DNA of 64,000 nt from Eledone cirrhosa (GCA_964016885.1 OZ024745.1:39060001-39124000); one strand, 5' to 3'. Positions 13,136 to 28,960 are shown, counted from the first letter of the stretch. Translations and numbers: made by a program. The notes: a model not told the origin generated them from the letters alone.

Positions 13136-13695
13136 ACCTCAATTTATATATATATATGCCTGTATATATGTGTGCGTGTGTATGTGTCTGTGTGTAGTAT
13201 GTGTCTGTGAGTTTGTGCGTATGTAAACCTGATTAGAATATAAAAGTCAGACATTTTAAATGTAAATGCAGACTTATCTTGTACGACATCGCGCACACGT
13301 GACTTATATGTGGAACAATCGCTTTTTTTGTTTAATTTTTTTATCTTTGCTACTTCACTCGGGGGGCGGTTGTCGTCTATTTAATATCATAGGCTATCAT
13401 TTTTTTTTTATTATATAAGTAAAAGTTGGACCGCTATTTTCCTTAATCTCAAATATTTTTCTAGAATGTTATAGTAATGTATAATTTCTGTATTTTTGTA
13501 GACTATTGCTTATAGCAGATTATTCCTATTTATGTTACAATGTAAATCAGATCAATATTTCACGTGCTCCGTATATATTTATATCTTTCATTCATAATCG
13601 ATTGTATTCTATGATATATATTTATTAGATCGTGAATATATGCAGAAATGTGTCCACAAACACAGAGAGGACAGCCAGACTAAAGACACAGACAG

Positions 13696-13737
<42 letters not shown>

Positions 13738-13749
13738 GTGTGTACGTAC

Positions 13750-13781
<32 letters not shown>

Positions 13782-13914
13782 GTACGTACACACATATATA
13801 TATATATATATGTGTGTACGTACATATATATATATATATATATATAATTATAATAAAATAACCGGAGGCTGGACTTGTGTAAATCCTTGAAAGGTATATA
13901 TATATATATATAAG

Positions 13915-14111
13915 TTATTCCGTCTTCAATCGGCGGTAACTACAGTAAGTAAGGTACTCAATACATAGCAGAGTATAAATGTTTTGATATAGAAAAGCTT
14001 CTACAGGACTAGAACTCTTTCATTCGTGAGAAATCATCATGATGATTTCTCACGAATAAAACAGTTCTAATCCTGTAGAAGCTTTTCTATATTAAAACAT
14101 TTATACTCTGC

Positions 14112-14115
<4 letters not shown>
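13915..14115. mobile_element. Fold-back element centred on an HHR core; family copies at 2712-2860 and 43220-43385
   Basis: Axis at ..tcatcat|gatga.. (~14040). Arm consensus is TGATGA-tTTC tcac GAAt-GAAA-CAG ttctagtc CTG-TA-GAAGC. Confidence 0.8.
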
Positions 14116-14201
<86 letters not shown>

Positions 14202-14321
14202 TATAAACATATATATATATATATATATACATATATACATATATATATACACATATATATATATATATATATGTATACGATATTAAACAAATGGAAACTA
14301 CATTTATAAAACCATATTTAT

Positions 14322-14380
14322 TTCATTATATATATTTCAGGGATATCATATTAAAATATGGTATGCCCTCTTCAGACAAA
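14322..14380 (-). ncRNA. Type I hammerhead ribozyme
   Basis: TTTGT-CTGAAGA-GGGcATAcCATATT tt AATATGaTATcCCT-GAAA-TATATA-TA-ATGAA. Relatives at 5641-5698, 5842-5900 and ~44617-44676 each carry different core mutations. Confidence 0.75.
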
Positions 14381-14467
14381 ATACAATATATAAACAGTTT
14401 TATAAATAAATTTGACATACCTTAAAACTTAACAACTTCCATTTAAAAAAGTTGTTACTACCATAAC

Positions 14468-14618
<151 letters not shown>

Positions 14619-14623
14619 CATAC

Positions 14624-14656
<33 letters not shown>

Positions 14657-14673
14657 GATACATATATATATAA

Positions 14674-14930
<257 letters not shown>

Positions 14931-15500
14931 GTTTTGCGAGGTTTTTTATATGAAATCGTGTGTCGAAACAGATATTGTTATATTTGGGGAGGGTCATATT
15001 TGCGTAATATTGCCAGAATTAATAACAGAACACACTCACTGTTTGGTTGGTTTTCGCTTCTCGCTGTCTTTTATATATATATATCTGCGATCTAACTTAC
15101 TCGGTCCTCAATGTTGCCATTGACTGACCGGCGGTCAAAAATAATACAGATACAATATAGACACAAACACATATATATAGTTTACATAATTTACATAAAT
15201 CTTTCGTTGCACATCTGCAACATCGTCAGTGGTTTATATTCATTGTTCCTCCTGTTGTGTTGTATGTTTACGCCATTTTTTTTTTTTGTTCAGTCTGTCT
15301 ATATATTTATTTATTTATTTGCTTGTTTGTTTATCTTTTTTTATTTTGTCTTCTTTGCGCATGCGTTTGCGTGTGTGTATAGTGTTATGTGTGATGTGTG
15401 ACTAGTGTGTATAGTGTTGTGTCTGCTGGGTGACTAGTGTGTGTTTATGTGCTTGTGTATGTATTTGTTTATCTTATTTTATTTAATTTTATCTACTTAT

Positions 15501-16355
15501 TTATACTTCTCTTAGGTCAGTGTTGTTTGTTTGGGTGTTCTTGTTGTTCCACTCATTCTTTCTGTTTAGCTTTGGTCTTCTAATTTCTATTTCACTGGCC
15601 TCTCTGATTTGCCTATCTGCTGGGTCATTCCTATGTTTAGATATTATTCTAATTTCTATGTTGTCTATGTTACCGTCATGTTGTTGTCTAGCATGTTCGT
15701 ATAGTACTGATCCGTTTTTTCGTCCTTTTAGTTCCCCCCAGTGTTGGTCTATCCTTTCACCTATGCTACGAGCTGTCTCACCTATGTATGTTGTTGTCAT
15801 GTTTCTGCAAGTACCCTCTGTACATTTTATGCTATAGACTACGTTTCTAGTTTTACAGTTTATCCGGGGGTTCACCTTACATATGATACATTTCCTATTG
15901 GTACAGTGGGTTTGCTTAAAAGGGTAGATTTTGCTGATCAGGGATTTTATGGTGGTTCCTGGCTTTTCTACCACCTTTATTTTTAAGTGGGTCTTTCTCA
16001 GGGCCTTTCTACACTGGTTAGCTAATTTCCCTCCAGGGGTGGCGTCCACAAACATGACACTCTGATATCTCTGGTTGTCGTACCATGATGTGGCCTTCCC
16101 TATCTTATGTCTAGCCCTATCTAAGCTATTCCATGATTTGCTCCTGTATAGTGGGCAAATTCCTTTCATGTCCAGTTCTATGAGGGTCTTATACTTTTCC
16201 ATGGCTCCTTCGTATACTCTGACTAAGTCTCTTTGGTTGTAGCCAGAGAACTGCATGCGGTTGATGAAGTGTTGGATGTGTCCTTCCATTTCTGTTGGGT
16301 CGCACATGCTGGACACATTCTTCATCACTCGTACCAAATCTGCGGAGCAAATCAT
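15501..16355 (-). CDS. PLE ORF C-terminal fragment: RT thumb/linker, Cys-rich motif and GIY-YIG endonuclease
   Basis: CTNRKCIIC..C, NVVYSIKC...TYIGETARSIGERIDQH, RQIREASEI...PKLN match the PLE GIY-YIG (Uri) domain. The RT core is absent. Confidence 0.9.
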   Translation of the reverse strand: MICSADLVRVMKNVSSMCDPTEMEGHIQHFINRMQFSGYNQRDLVRVYEGAMEKYKTLIELDMKGICPLYRSKSWNSLDRARHKIGKATSWYDNQRYQSVMFVDATPGGKLANQCRKALRKTHLKIKVVEKPGTTIKSLISKIYPFKQTHCTNRKCIICKVNPRINCKTRNVVYSIKCTEGTCRNMTTTYIGETARSIGERIDQHWGELKGRKNGSVLYEHARQQHDGNIDNIEIRIISKHRNDPADRQIREASEIEIRRPKLNRKNEWNNKNTQTNNTDLREV

Positions 16356-16987
16356 GGAATAGCTTAGATAGGGCTAGACATAAGATAGGGAAGGCCACAT
16401 CATGGTACGACAACCAGAGATATCAGAGTGTCATGTTTGTGGACGCCACCCCTGGAGGGAAATTAGCTAACCAGTGTAGAAAGGCCCTGAGAAAGACCCA
16501 CTTAAAAATAAAGGTAGTAGAAAAGCCAGGAACCACCATAAAATCCCTGATCAGCAAAACCTACCCTTTTAAGAAAACCCACTGTACCAATAGGAAATGT
16601 ATCATATGTAAGGTGAACCCCCGGATAAACTGTAAAACTAGAAACGTAGTCTATAGCATAAGATGTACAGAGGGTACTTGCAGAAACATGACAACAACAT
16701 ACATAGGTGAGACAGCTCGTAGCATAGGTGAAAGGATAGACCAACACTGGGGGGAACTAAAAGGACGAAAAAACTGGTCAGTACTATACGAACATGCTAG
16801 ACAACAACATGACGGTAACATAGACAACATAGAAATTAGAATAATATCTAAACATAGGAATGACCCAGCAGATAGGCAAATCAGAGAGGCCAGTGAAATA
16901 GAAATTAGAAGACCAAAGCTAAACAGAAAGAATGAGTGGAACAACAACAACACCCAAACAAACAACACTGACCTAAGAGAAGTATAA
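16344..16987 (+). CDS. Inverted duplicate of the PLE GIY-YIG ORF fragment
   Basis: ORF 16295-16987 matches 15501-16144 from RSKSWNSLDR onward, with only a few substitutions. Confidence 0.9.
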
Positions 16988-17570
16988 ATAAGTAAATAAA
17001 ATTAAATAAAATAAGATAAACAAATACATACACAAGCACATAAACACACACTAGTCCCCCAGCAGACACAACACTATACACACTAGTCACACATCACACA
17101 TAACACTATACACACACGCAAACGCATGCGCAAAGAAGACAAAATAAAATAAGATAAACAAACAAGCAAATAAATAAATAAATATATAGACAGACTGAAC
17201 AAAAAAAAAAATGGCGTAGACATACAACACAACAGGAGGAACAATGAATATAACACCAGTGACGATGTTGCAGATGTGCAACGAAAGATTTATGTAAATT
17301 ATGTAAACTATATATATGTGTTTGTGTCTATATTGTATCTGTATTATTTTTGACCGTCGGTCAGTCAATGGCAACATTGAGGACCGAGTAAGTTAGATCG
17401 CAGATATATATATATAAAAGACAGCGAGAAGCGAAAACCAACCAAACAGTGAGTGTGTTCTGTTATTAATTCTGGCAATATTACGCAAATATGACCCTCC
17501 CCAAATATAACAATATATATATATACATATATATATATTCATATATATATATATACATATATATATATAC

Positions 17571-17846
<276 letters not shown>

Positions 17847-18628
17847 ACAAAGATGAAATCGAAAATGCAACTGGAGTCTTATTTAAAAAAAAAATATATA
17901 TATATGTTTCATTTACCGGTTACGCAGTTCTTATGCTTTTCAAAAGTAGAGTTGAGATGGAGGGTTTGTGTTTTTTCTCACATGTGAGAAAAAGCACACA
18001 CCCTCTATCTTAACTCTACTTTTAAAAAGCAGAAGAAATGCGAAACCGGTCAAGGAACCAAATAAATATATATATATATTTTAAAAATAAGACTCCAGTT
18101 GCATTTTAGATTTCATCTTTTTTTCTTTATACTTTCACTCGTGTAGGACACTTCGGATATTTTTCATTTTGTAAAAAAAACCTCACGTTCTAATATATAT
18201 ATATATATATACATATTTATATATATGTACAAATCTATATCTATATACATATATGTATGTATATAAATATATATATGTGTGTGTGCCTTTGTGTGTGTGT
18301 GTGTGTGCATGTATGTCTCAGTGTGAGTGTTTTTGTGTGTGTGTATCTCATATGTGGTATGGCATTTAGATGGGGTTTTTTCCTACCAGTTTTAGTGAAT
18401 AATGTTATTTATATAGACCATAAACAAGGATCCCCATGTTTATGATATTGTGAATTGTCGTACTTTGGATTCGCACAGAATTTCAAAGAATGAAGAATAT
18501 TAGAATAACACGTCTCAACATAAATAAGAGACAAATTATAACATAAAGTGTTCTGGAAGAAATAAAAATTCACGTTTTAAATAATATTGAGATTTTCATA
18601 TAACATATGAATTCTATCTCCGAAATTC

Positions 18629-18690
<62 letters not shown>

Positions 18691-18762
18691 CGGAGAAATT
18701 CATATTTTATATGAAAAGTTCAATATTATTTAAAACGTATATTTTTATTTCTTCTAGAGCAC

Positions 18763-18803
<41 letters not shown>

Positions 18804-20467
18804 AGAGGGAGAGAGAGATAGAGAAAGAGAGAGATAGACATTTATATACACACACTCAATGACACACATACACATATATATATTTAAATATACTTTTTAT
18901 TTTATGTATGTACACACACATGTTTGGCTTTTGTTTTTAACTTTTATATCATGGTGAAAAGATACATTTATGGGAAGATGGAAAATGCATTTAAATATAA
19001 TGATATGTGGAACGTAGGATTTTATTTCTAAAATATATAAAACGTATTGAAAAGTTCTTAGCTATTCACCGAAATGAGTTATGAAAAAAAGAGAGAAAAT
19101 GCAAAAACAAATAAATGCACATCTAACGACTACGAAGAAATCATTGTTAATATTTCGACCAGGATATAGTGAAGTATTTATTTTAATGTTTTCTATCTGT
19201 AGTATTTTTTTTTATTTCTTCATGAATGAATTTTCAGTTGAAGTATTACTCTTTAAAATGTTTGTATCTGGAAAAATTTGAGATTTCAGAAATATGTATA
19301 AACACACCAGTGTGCACAATTACATGCACGTACAGACAAGCACACACAAAACAAGCATAAACACACGCGCAAACAGTAAAGTGTATATATATATATATAT
19401 ATATATATAGGGGGTGTCTGTGTGTATAAATAAATATAAATACATATATGGTAACATGTATCCCAGTACAACCTGTCTTATGGTCGGTTCGTAGGCGACT
19501 AAACTGGCAACCCCACCAAGGTTTCTTTGTGAGGAGGGTTACTTTGGGCATCCTGCAGGGCTAAAAACAAAACCTGTCAAAGGACTAGGGAGCTCTTAAG
19601 AGTCAATGGCCATCCAAAATCACCGGGACAGATGACACCTTAGCATTTGTCAAGGCAGAATTCTAGGAGAAGGTAAGCTCTTATATAGCACCTGCAACCC
19701 TGATGGTAACCAATGATGTTGACTTGTTCTTCTTTTCGGTAAATATCATCTTTGTTAAGAGAGCGGGACTGGCTTTGTTCAGTGCCTTTGCTCACTATAA
19801 AAGCTTCACGGCACAGGCATTGCTTTATACATATACACACACATATATACACACACACATATATATACACGTATATATATGCATATATACGTAGAAAACG
19901 TAAAGGGAAAGAGAGTGCTCTGTGTAGGCTACAGGGCTTCTTCGTTACGTAATAAACAACATAAGATAGTTATTTCATTTACCAGTCGTTTCTTGAAGAC
20001 AGATATTTATGTCTGTCATCATTCATCAGAGAAATATTTATTTATCAAGTAGCAATATGGATTTGAAAACAGAGTATAGGATAAATGATAAGTGAGGCTG
20101 AAATTGAGGGCAACAATTAATAAATAAATATTCAAATACATAAACATGCACATACACAAACTCACGCATATACGTAATAGTACGTAAACATATACATTCC
20201 CACATAAGTATATGTGCGTCTGCATGGAAATACAAAAACACCTATGCACGCACGTATACACAGGCATACATAAGTACACACACACGCGCGCATGCTTGCA
20301 CGTACGTGTGCACATAGACGTAATCGTATATATATATATATATGTATATATATATACACACACACATAAATGTGGATATGTAAATGTGCGCACACAAACT
20401 TCTATTCCCCATGCATAGATCCACTCAGAAACTCTGCCACTCAGTAACTCGATCCTTGATGTCAATA

Positions 20468-20503
<36 letters not shown>

Positions 20504-20638
20504 CTCTACGATTACATCTATGTGCACAGATAAGTGTAAGTGTGCGCGCCTGTGTGTCATGTGAGTATGTATATATATATATATCAAGACAACGAACAGC
20601 GGAGGACACGTTTCGCACCTTTCCGACAGAACCCAAAG

Positions 20639-20670
<32 letters not shown>

Positions 20671-20938
20671 AAAAATTGATGTATGTGAATCCGAAATATA
20701 TAGTGACAATTAAATCTCTCCCAAGTTAACTCCATCTCGTGTTATTATTTTTATCCTTTACGATCTTTCCTACATTCTTCTACACACTACACATCTCAAC
20801 CTACATTCACTTACATCTCTCTCTCCACCACCGGATCTTGCTACCCGGATATTTATCCATCTGCATTGTTGAGGCTTCCAAAACGGCCGACAGAAATATA
20901 CCTTATTATTCCACAATGCTTCAAGCAAACTTCAATAT

Positions 20939-20990
<52 letters not shown>

Positions 20991-21594
20991 TCACAAGACA
21001 CATATTTAGATGAAACTAAATTGCAAATAGCACAACCACTTTATTAATTTTGCAACCAAAGAGGACACGTAGCCTGCTCCCAGCTTCAGTAAAATCAGTT
21101 AAACGCTAACCCTGTTAATTATCGATACACAACAGGTGGAGCTTTAAGCACAGAAGTCGTTTTCTAATTATAGGTTTAACCGTGATTGATAAAGGACATT
21201 AAGCCCTTTGCTATATATTAGTGGATTGAAGAAGTTTTTGAATTGTTCAAGACTATATCTATTCCAAAAGGGTAATTCTCTGGAACCGCTTACATATCAA
21301 GAAAAATAATATTTAATCACACCTTGCAAATACTGAGCATCAGGCTACAGCCATCACATCTAAACGGACAAAACCCATTAGCAATACACTAACAATATCA
21401 CGATACCACATAACATCATGATGAGTTCCATTATACTTTTGACATGAAGGCCGCACACATTCTCATATGAACACATCACATTTCCTCGTCAATCAGAACG
21501 TCCTTTCACATGCTACTACATTTATATTGTCTCTCTGGCCATGAACATATCTCTATATTCTGATGATTTCATAAGCAGTCATCTCTCTCTCTCA

Positions 21595-21676
<82 letters not shown>

Positions 21677-21690
21677 ATACTCATACGCAC

Positions 21691-21775
<85 letters not shown>

Positions 21776-21888
21776 AACAAATAAAACCCCGACGGCTGAG
21801 CTCAAGCCGTTTCGACGGCTAATTCGCTAAGTATGGTGTGTACTTTGGTTTTTATGGTCCACTTGGTTCCTTACCACATTTCCCTCGT

Positions 21889-21938
<50 letters not shown>

Positions 21939-21979
21939 CGAAACATAAGTCAATTTCATGAACTCATAATCCTTTATTT

Positions 21980-22035
21980 ACTGCTATATATATTTCGATG
22001 ATAGCCATTGAATGGCTATGACCTCATCAGGCAGT
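21980..22035 (-). ncRNA. Type I hammerhead ribozyme in the PLE 3' pLTR
   Basis: ACTGC-CTGATGA-GGTcATAGCCA ttcaa TGGCTATcATC-GAAA-TATATA-TA-GCAGT, followed by AATAAA. Confidence 0.88.
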
Positions 22036-22094
22036 TACTCAGTTCTTAGATATGCCAGATCTGTGTGTATAGTGTTGATGGTATCAGAGCCTTG

Positions 22095-22197
<103 letters not shown>

Positions 22198-22366
22198 AAT
22201 AAAATAAAATATAGAGTTAATAACTCATATAGATACCCTGCAATTAACAAGCTCAAATTATAAATACTGAGCATTATAATATTAATATGTGTAGAAGTAA
22301 ACACAGTAAACCCGTGTTTGTGGTGTAATCTACCCTCGTAATTTTAGGCACGGGTTTACTGTGTTT

Positions 22367-22468
<102 letters not shown>

Positions 22469-23450
22469 GGATTTAAATGGATACAGTTTAGTTAAAAAGA
22501 ATTTATTGACACGTGTTTCAATAACAGTTACATAACCTGAAAACAGCTGGTATCTACAAAGTATTATTATGCAGACATTCAATATTTCAATGTTATTATC
22601 AACTGTCATTTCATCAGTATAATTTTACTGAGGACCTGTTTGGTTTTTATAGAGAATATTAGGAGGGAAGGTTGAAGTTGTTAGAAGAATAGTTGAGGGA
22701 GTGGTTTTTTGATAGCAGTGAGAATTTTTGGTGGCAGTGAGTAATTAGATTCCCATCTGTTGTTTTGACATTTTTATAGAATATATTATTGGTTATTTTT
22801 CTAAATCTATAGAAGGATTAGAGATAGTATAGATATGCATGGTTGGTTTTGTGTTTGCACTTAATTAACATTCAGACTTAAATTTATCTTTCAAGTCTAC
22901 GTATCCTTTCGCCCACGTATTCACACACAAACATATATGCACACCTCTACAAAATACATATACTCACATACACATATTTACATGCTCATATTTACATACA
23001 TATACACATGCACACATATATATACATATATATACACATATATACATGTACATACCTACGCATCCATGTGTATACATTTTCATACTCAACACATCTTTAT
23101 ATACACACGTATAGACACACACATATATACATACATACTCCAGTCTATGTGTGTATATATATATATATATAAACACTTTAATACATGAATACACTTACAT
23201 CCAACTATACACATCAAACATATATATACATATTTACTTATTTATATACATTTTCACATATATATACATACATATGGTCGTTTTTAGACACATTCATTAT
23301 AGCATATTTGCACCTATTGTCCTCAGCATATCTTTCCATTATTAGTGTGGTAATTTAAGGTTATTAATATACATATATATGTTGAGAAGAGATTGTTTTT
23401 ATATTTTTCTAACTAGATTGAGGTTTATATAGTTGGGGGATGTCCCTCTT

Positions 23451-23900
23451 TTATGTAATATTCAGCTTGTAGTGGGAAAAAAGGGTTTTAGTTCGGTGAC
23501 GGCAGAATAATGTTCGTTCAATTCTGTTATTCAGCAATTTCTTCTTGTGTGTGATTATGTAATAAATCTCAAGATTACACAATTTGCAGACATTTTGGCT
23601 CCTGGAAAAGCTTTGGGTTTTAGCTAATTTCTCCCATTTTAGGGTAAACTTTTGATCGCTATCCCTGAGCGTCCAAGCTTTTTCTGCTAAAGTTGTTACA
23701 TTTCTTTGGCTCTGGTATTTTATTGAGTAAGAATGCCTATATAATCGAGATTTAAACGATGTTGCCGTTGATCCCACTTAATACCACTCGTTGCCTCCGG
23801 ATTTAATGGTTCACTTATAAATAATATTTTTTTCCAGGCAGTTATTGCCGAGAGGGCAGTTGTCAGGATCGGTGCAGTTACAGTTGTGTACGTTGGGTTT
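23451..23900 (-). pseudogene. PLE GIY-YIG endonuclease with in-frame stops
   Basis: Cys cluster, then NIIYK*..WY*VGSTATSFKSRLYRH and C-terminal CKLCNLE..LLNNR..CRH. Confidence 0.85.
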
Positions 23901-23937
23901 TCTCTGGAGTAGTATTGCGGACGAACTTAGGCGTGGT

Positions 23938-24818
23938 TTATTTATGTTCTGTAGTGTATTGTCTACTGTTTTTTTTTGTATTCTTTGTACTTAAGTTTTT
24001 AGTGTTTTCGTTTAACCTTCTAGTATTGATCTTTTTTATGTGTTGTTCAAGGTTTAACACTGTAGAGTATGACAGTCTTATAGTGGTAGGGTTTAGAATT
24101 GTGTGGTATTTGTGTGATGTAGGAAAATGTCTCTTAATTATTTTAAAGAAGAGTACTGGTAGAATTGTACTAATGGAAATATTGTATTCAGGGTTATACC
24201 ATAAGTACTCTTTGCATCGCTTTCTATTATTTTTATTTGTTGCTTTACTAGTGTGTATACTATGGTAGTAAGTGTGGTTTGGTGTTGTGTTATTATATCT
24301 ACCTATGTGGGATTTATTTTGGGTGTTTTGATTGTTCTCATCTATATACTCTATTTTGTTGAGGTAGCCTGCTTTACTAAGGGCGTTATCGTAGTACTCG
24401 GCATGTTCCTTAAATACTTGTATGTAAGAAGATAGACCCGAGATTCTAAGGGAAATATTTTTAGGGATAGATTTAATTATAGAGATGGGGTGGTTAGACC
24501 CAACATTTACGTACTTGAGATTTTCATTCAACTTATGAAACGGTTTAATCAGACCAGAGTTTAAATTGAGTGTGACATCCAGGAAGTTAACTACTTTAAG
24601 GTTGTATTCATATGTTATAGTTAGTCCTATTTCGAGTAGTAGTTTTCTTATATCTTTGCGTAGTTTTTCTAGTTTTTGGTTATTTATGTTTTTAACTAGG
24701 AGGAGAACATCGTCGCGGTATATTCCGCCGTGGAGATTGCTGAATGTTTCCTGGAGTCTAAAGGCGATAAATAACCACACAATATCAGTTATTTCCGCCG
24801 AAACATTAGAGCACATTG

Positions 24819-24820
<2 letters not shown>
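23938..24820 (-). pseudogene. PLE reverse transcriptase fragment
   Basis: YRDD catalytic motif, FLDV thumb motif and WYNPEY..LSYSTVLNL linker. The N-terminal part of the called ORF is (TA)n-derived. Confidence 0.88.
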
Positions 24821-24874
<54 letters not shown>

Positions 24875-25047
24875 GGATATGTGTTCCTACACGCAGAAGG
24901 CGCTAAGGGACACATGTATTGTCAAACCATATGCCAATGTGGTTCAATGGCAGGTTAATAAATTAACGACCCAGAACATATATAATGAAGGTTTAGCAAA
25001 TCAGTTTCAAAATGAATTTTAAAAAATTAACTGTACTTACTATGGTT

Positions 25048-25131
25048 ACCGTTACCGAGTCGGTTTCGATTCTCAAAAATAAACGGAGTCCATACGGCCT
25101 ACGTTGCAAAGACAGAATCTCGTCAGAAGGT
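25048..25131 (-). ncRNA. Type I hammerhead ribozyme (left arm of fold-back 24985-25437)
   Basis: ACCTT-CTGACGA-GATTCT..AGAATC-GAAA-CCGACTCGG-TA-ACGGT. Confidence 0.82.
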
Positions 25132-25280
25132 TCTTTTCATTCGGAGAATATAAATTTATCTTTACACTCGGCCCTTGAAAAAATTGATTCCACTTCATTT
25201 ACTCTCATCTCGGGAACAATTTTGAATAGCGCCAGTTCGTAATTTGAATTCGAGAATTTTATATTCTCCGAATGAAAAGA

Positions 25281-25364
25281 ACCTTCTGACGAGATTCTTT
25301 CTTTGCAACGTAGGCCGTATGGAATCCGTTTATTTTTGAGAATCGAAACTGACTCGGTAAAGGT
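25281..25364 (+). ncRNA. Type I hammerhead ribozyme with a ~40 nt helix II loop
   Basis: ACCTT-CTGACGA-GATTCT..AGAATC-GAAA-CTGACTCGG-TA-AAGGT. Confidence 0.85.
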
Positions 25365-25592
25365 AACCAAAGTAAGTACAGTTAATTTTTTAAAATTTAT
25401 TTTGAAACTTTATCTTATTTGCTAAACATTCATTGTAAATATATATATACATATTAGAAAGTGAGGTTTTTTTTTACAAAATGAAAAATAACCGAAGTGT
25501 CCTACACGAGTGGAAGTATAAAGAAAAAGGGATGAAATCGAAAATGCAACTGAAGTCTTATTTTTTAAAAAAATATATATATTTATTTGGTT

Positions 25593-25630
25593 CCTTTACC
25601 GGTTTCGCAGTTCTTCTGCTTTTCAAAAGG
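25593..25630 (-). ncRNA. Minimal type I hammerhead ribozyme, U3:A8 variant (mirror copy)
   Basis: Exact reverse complement of 25700-25737. Confidence 0.78.
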
Positions 25631-25699
25631 TGAGTTGAGATGGAGGGTCTGTGGTTTTTCTTACTGTGAGAAAAACCACAGACCCTCCATCTCAACTCA

Positions 25700-25737
25700 C
25701 CTTTTGAAAAGCAGAAGAACTGCGAAACCGGTAAAGG
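25700..25737 (+). ncRNA. Minimal type I hammerhead ribozyme, U3:A8 core variant
   Basis: CCTT-TTGAAAA-GCAG aagaa CTGC-GAAA-CCGG-TA-AAGG, with palindromic helix III ACCGGT. Confidence 0.78.
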
Positions 25738-25806
25738 AACCAAATAAATATATATATTTTAAAAAAAAATAAGACTTCAGTTGCATTTTCGATTTCATCC
25801 CTTTTT

Positions 25807-27333
<1,527 letters not shown>

Positions 27334-28140
27334 GGCGTTTATTTATATTGCTACGTAATAACCAAACAAAGAACTCTATGCGTAAAATAGATTTCAATAT
27401 TTACTTCGCAGATTGCATATTGTTTTCATGTGGTTATGCGAATATTGTCGTTAGTACAAATACGATGCATTAGGTGGTGTAGTATAATCAATATGGAAAA
27501 ACGGAAAGATAATTGGTACAAGAAACTTAGTCTTGTTTCTTTGAATCACGCATTATTGTCATATAACTGCCTTTCCAATCAAGGATTGAGTTACTGAGTG
27601 GCAGAGTTTCTGAGTGGATCTATGCATGGGGATTAGAAGTAATATTGAAAACATCCAATGATGAATTCTGTGTTTCTGTAGATGTGTTCATGATACTAGT
27701 GTGAAAGCTTAAAAACAATTCCTGATAAGATAAAACCGTAAAAATTTGGGATTTTGAAGAAGGTAAAATTTAAAATGAAATAATGTCATGAATAAATTAT
27801 GAGGCATTATAAAAAACTATGTTCAGAATTAAACTATAGTTTACAAAAAAAAATAATTCTACTAATAAAAGAAAATGTTCGATATACATGAGAAAATGCA
27901 AAAAATAAATTATATTTTATGTTAAGGCTATAAATAATTTGGAGACGAATTTAATTAAAGGAAAAATGGACCTATAAATATTATATATGATACAAATATT
28001 AAATTCAAATAAAGGTGATTTATCACCAGAATAGATACAAGTAATAAAAATTAATATTCAGTGAGACGTTATTACTATTTCAAGTTAGAACATGAACATC
28101 TTAAAATAACGGACATTAGATAGCCAACCCAACACTTATA

Positions 28141-28216
<76 letters not shown>

Positions 28217-28397
28217 CATTTATTTATTTATTTATTTATTTATTTATATATAGAATTGTGAATGAAAAAATAAAATTTAAGGTAAATTTAATAGAAACAA
28301 TATCTCAATATCTCATAATATGCAAAATATACATAATGTATAGTGAAAATATACACACACATGTCTATTCGTCACTCCCTGTCTCGATCTCTTTCCA

Positions 28398-28486
<89 letters not shown>

Positions 28487-28627
28487 AAATATAAAAAGAG
28501 AGAGAGGTGAAAATTCGGAACAAGTTCTTGCTTCATCGAATGTTTAAACTATGGCAAATTAGTCTCAACAATACGGCATATAAGCTACATTTACAGAACA
28601 AAATTGTCATTAGCACATTCACTCCGT

Positions 28628-28960
28628 CTTCTTCTTCTTCTTCTTCTTCTTCTTTTTCTTCTTCTTCTTCTTCTTCTTCTTCTTCTTCTTCTTCTTCTTC
28701 TTCTTCTTCTTCCTGAGAGGAAGATTCCTCAAACATTTCCTCCATGGGTCTTTTCACAAACAACCGCCTCTTAGTGATCCGGCTGGATCACTAAGCGAGA
28801 CGAGCCAAGATCATGGATGTTATCCAACCATCTTGCTCTGGATCTAAACCTGGGTCTCTTGTCGACTTATCTTGCCCATAAAATATGTTCAGCTATGCTA
28901 CCTGAGCCATTATAATCACATGCCTGTAGTATCTTTCAATTCGAATTGGAATCGAATAAT
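28628..28960 (-). mobile_element. RTE-type LINE 3' end with a (GAA)n tail
   Basis: The minus strand reads ..YRHVIIM..ILWA..KRPRFRSRARWLDNIHDLG, immediately followed by (GAA)n at 28628-28712. Confidence 0.72.

Larger units (their letters stand above)
24985..25437. mobile_element. Fold-back element with an HHR in each arm
   Basis: ~170 bp inverted arms around a ~100 bp spacer. Confidence 0.85.

Noticed and set aside
28533-28763. Poly-Glu ORF
   Set aside because: It is the (GAA)n tail of an RTE 3' fragment.
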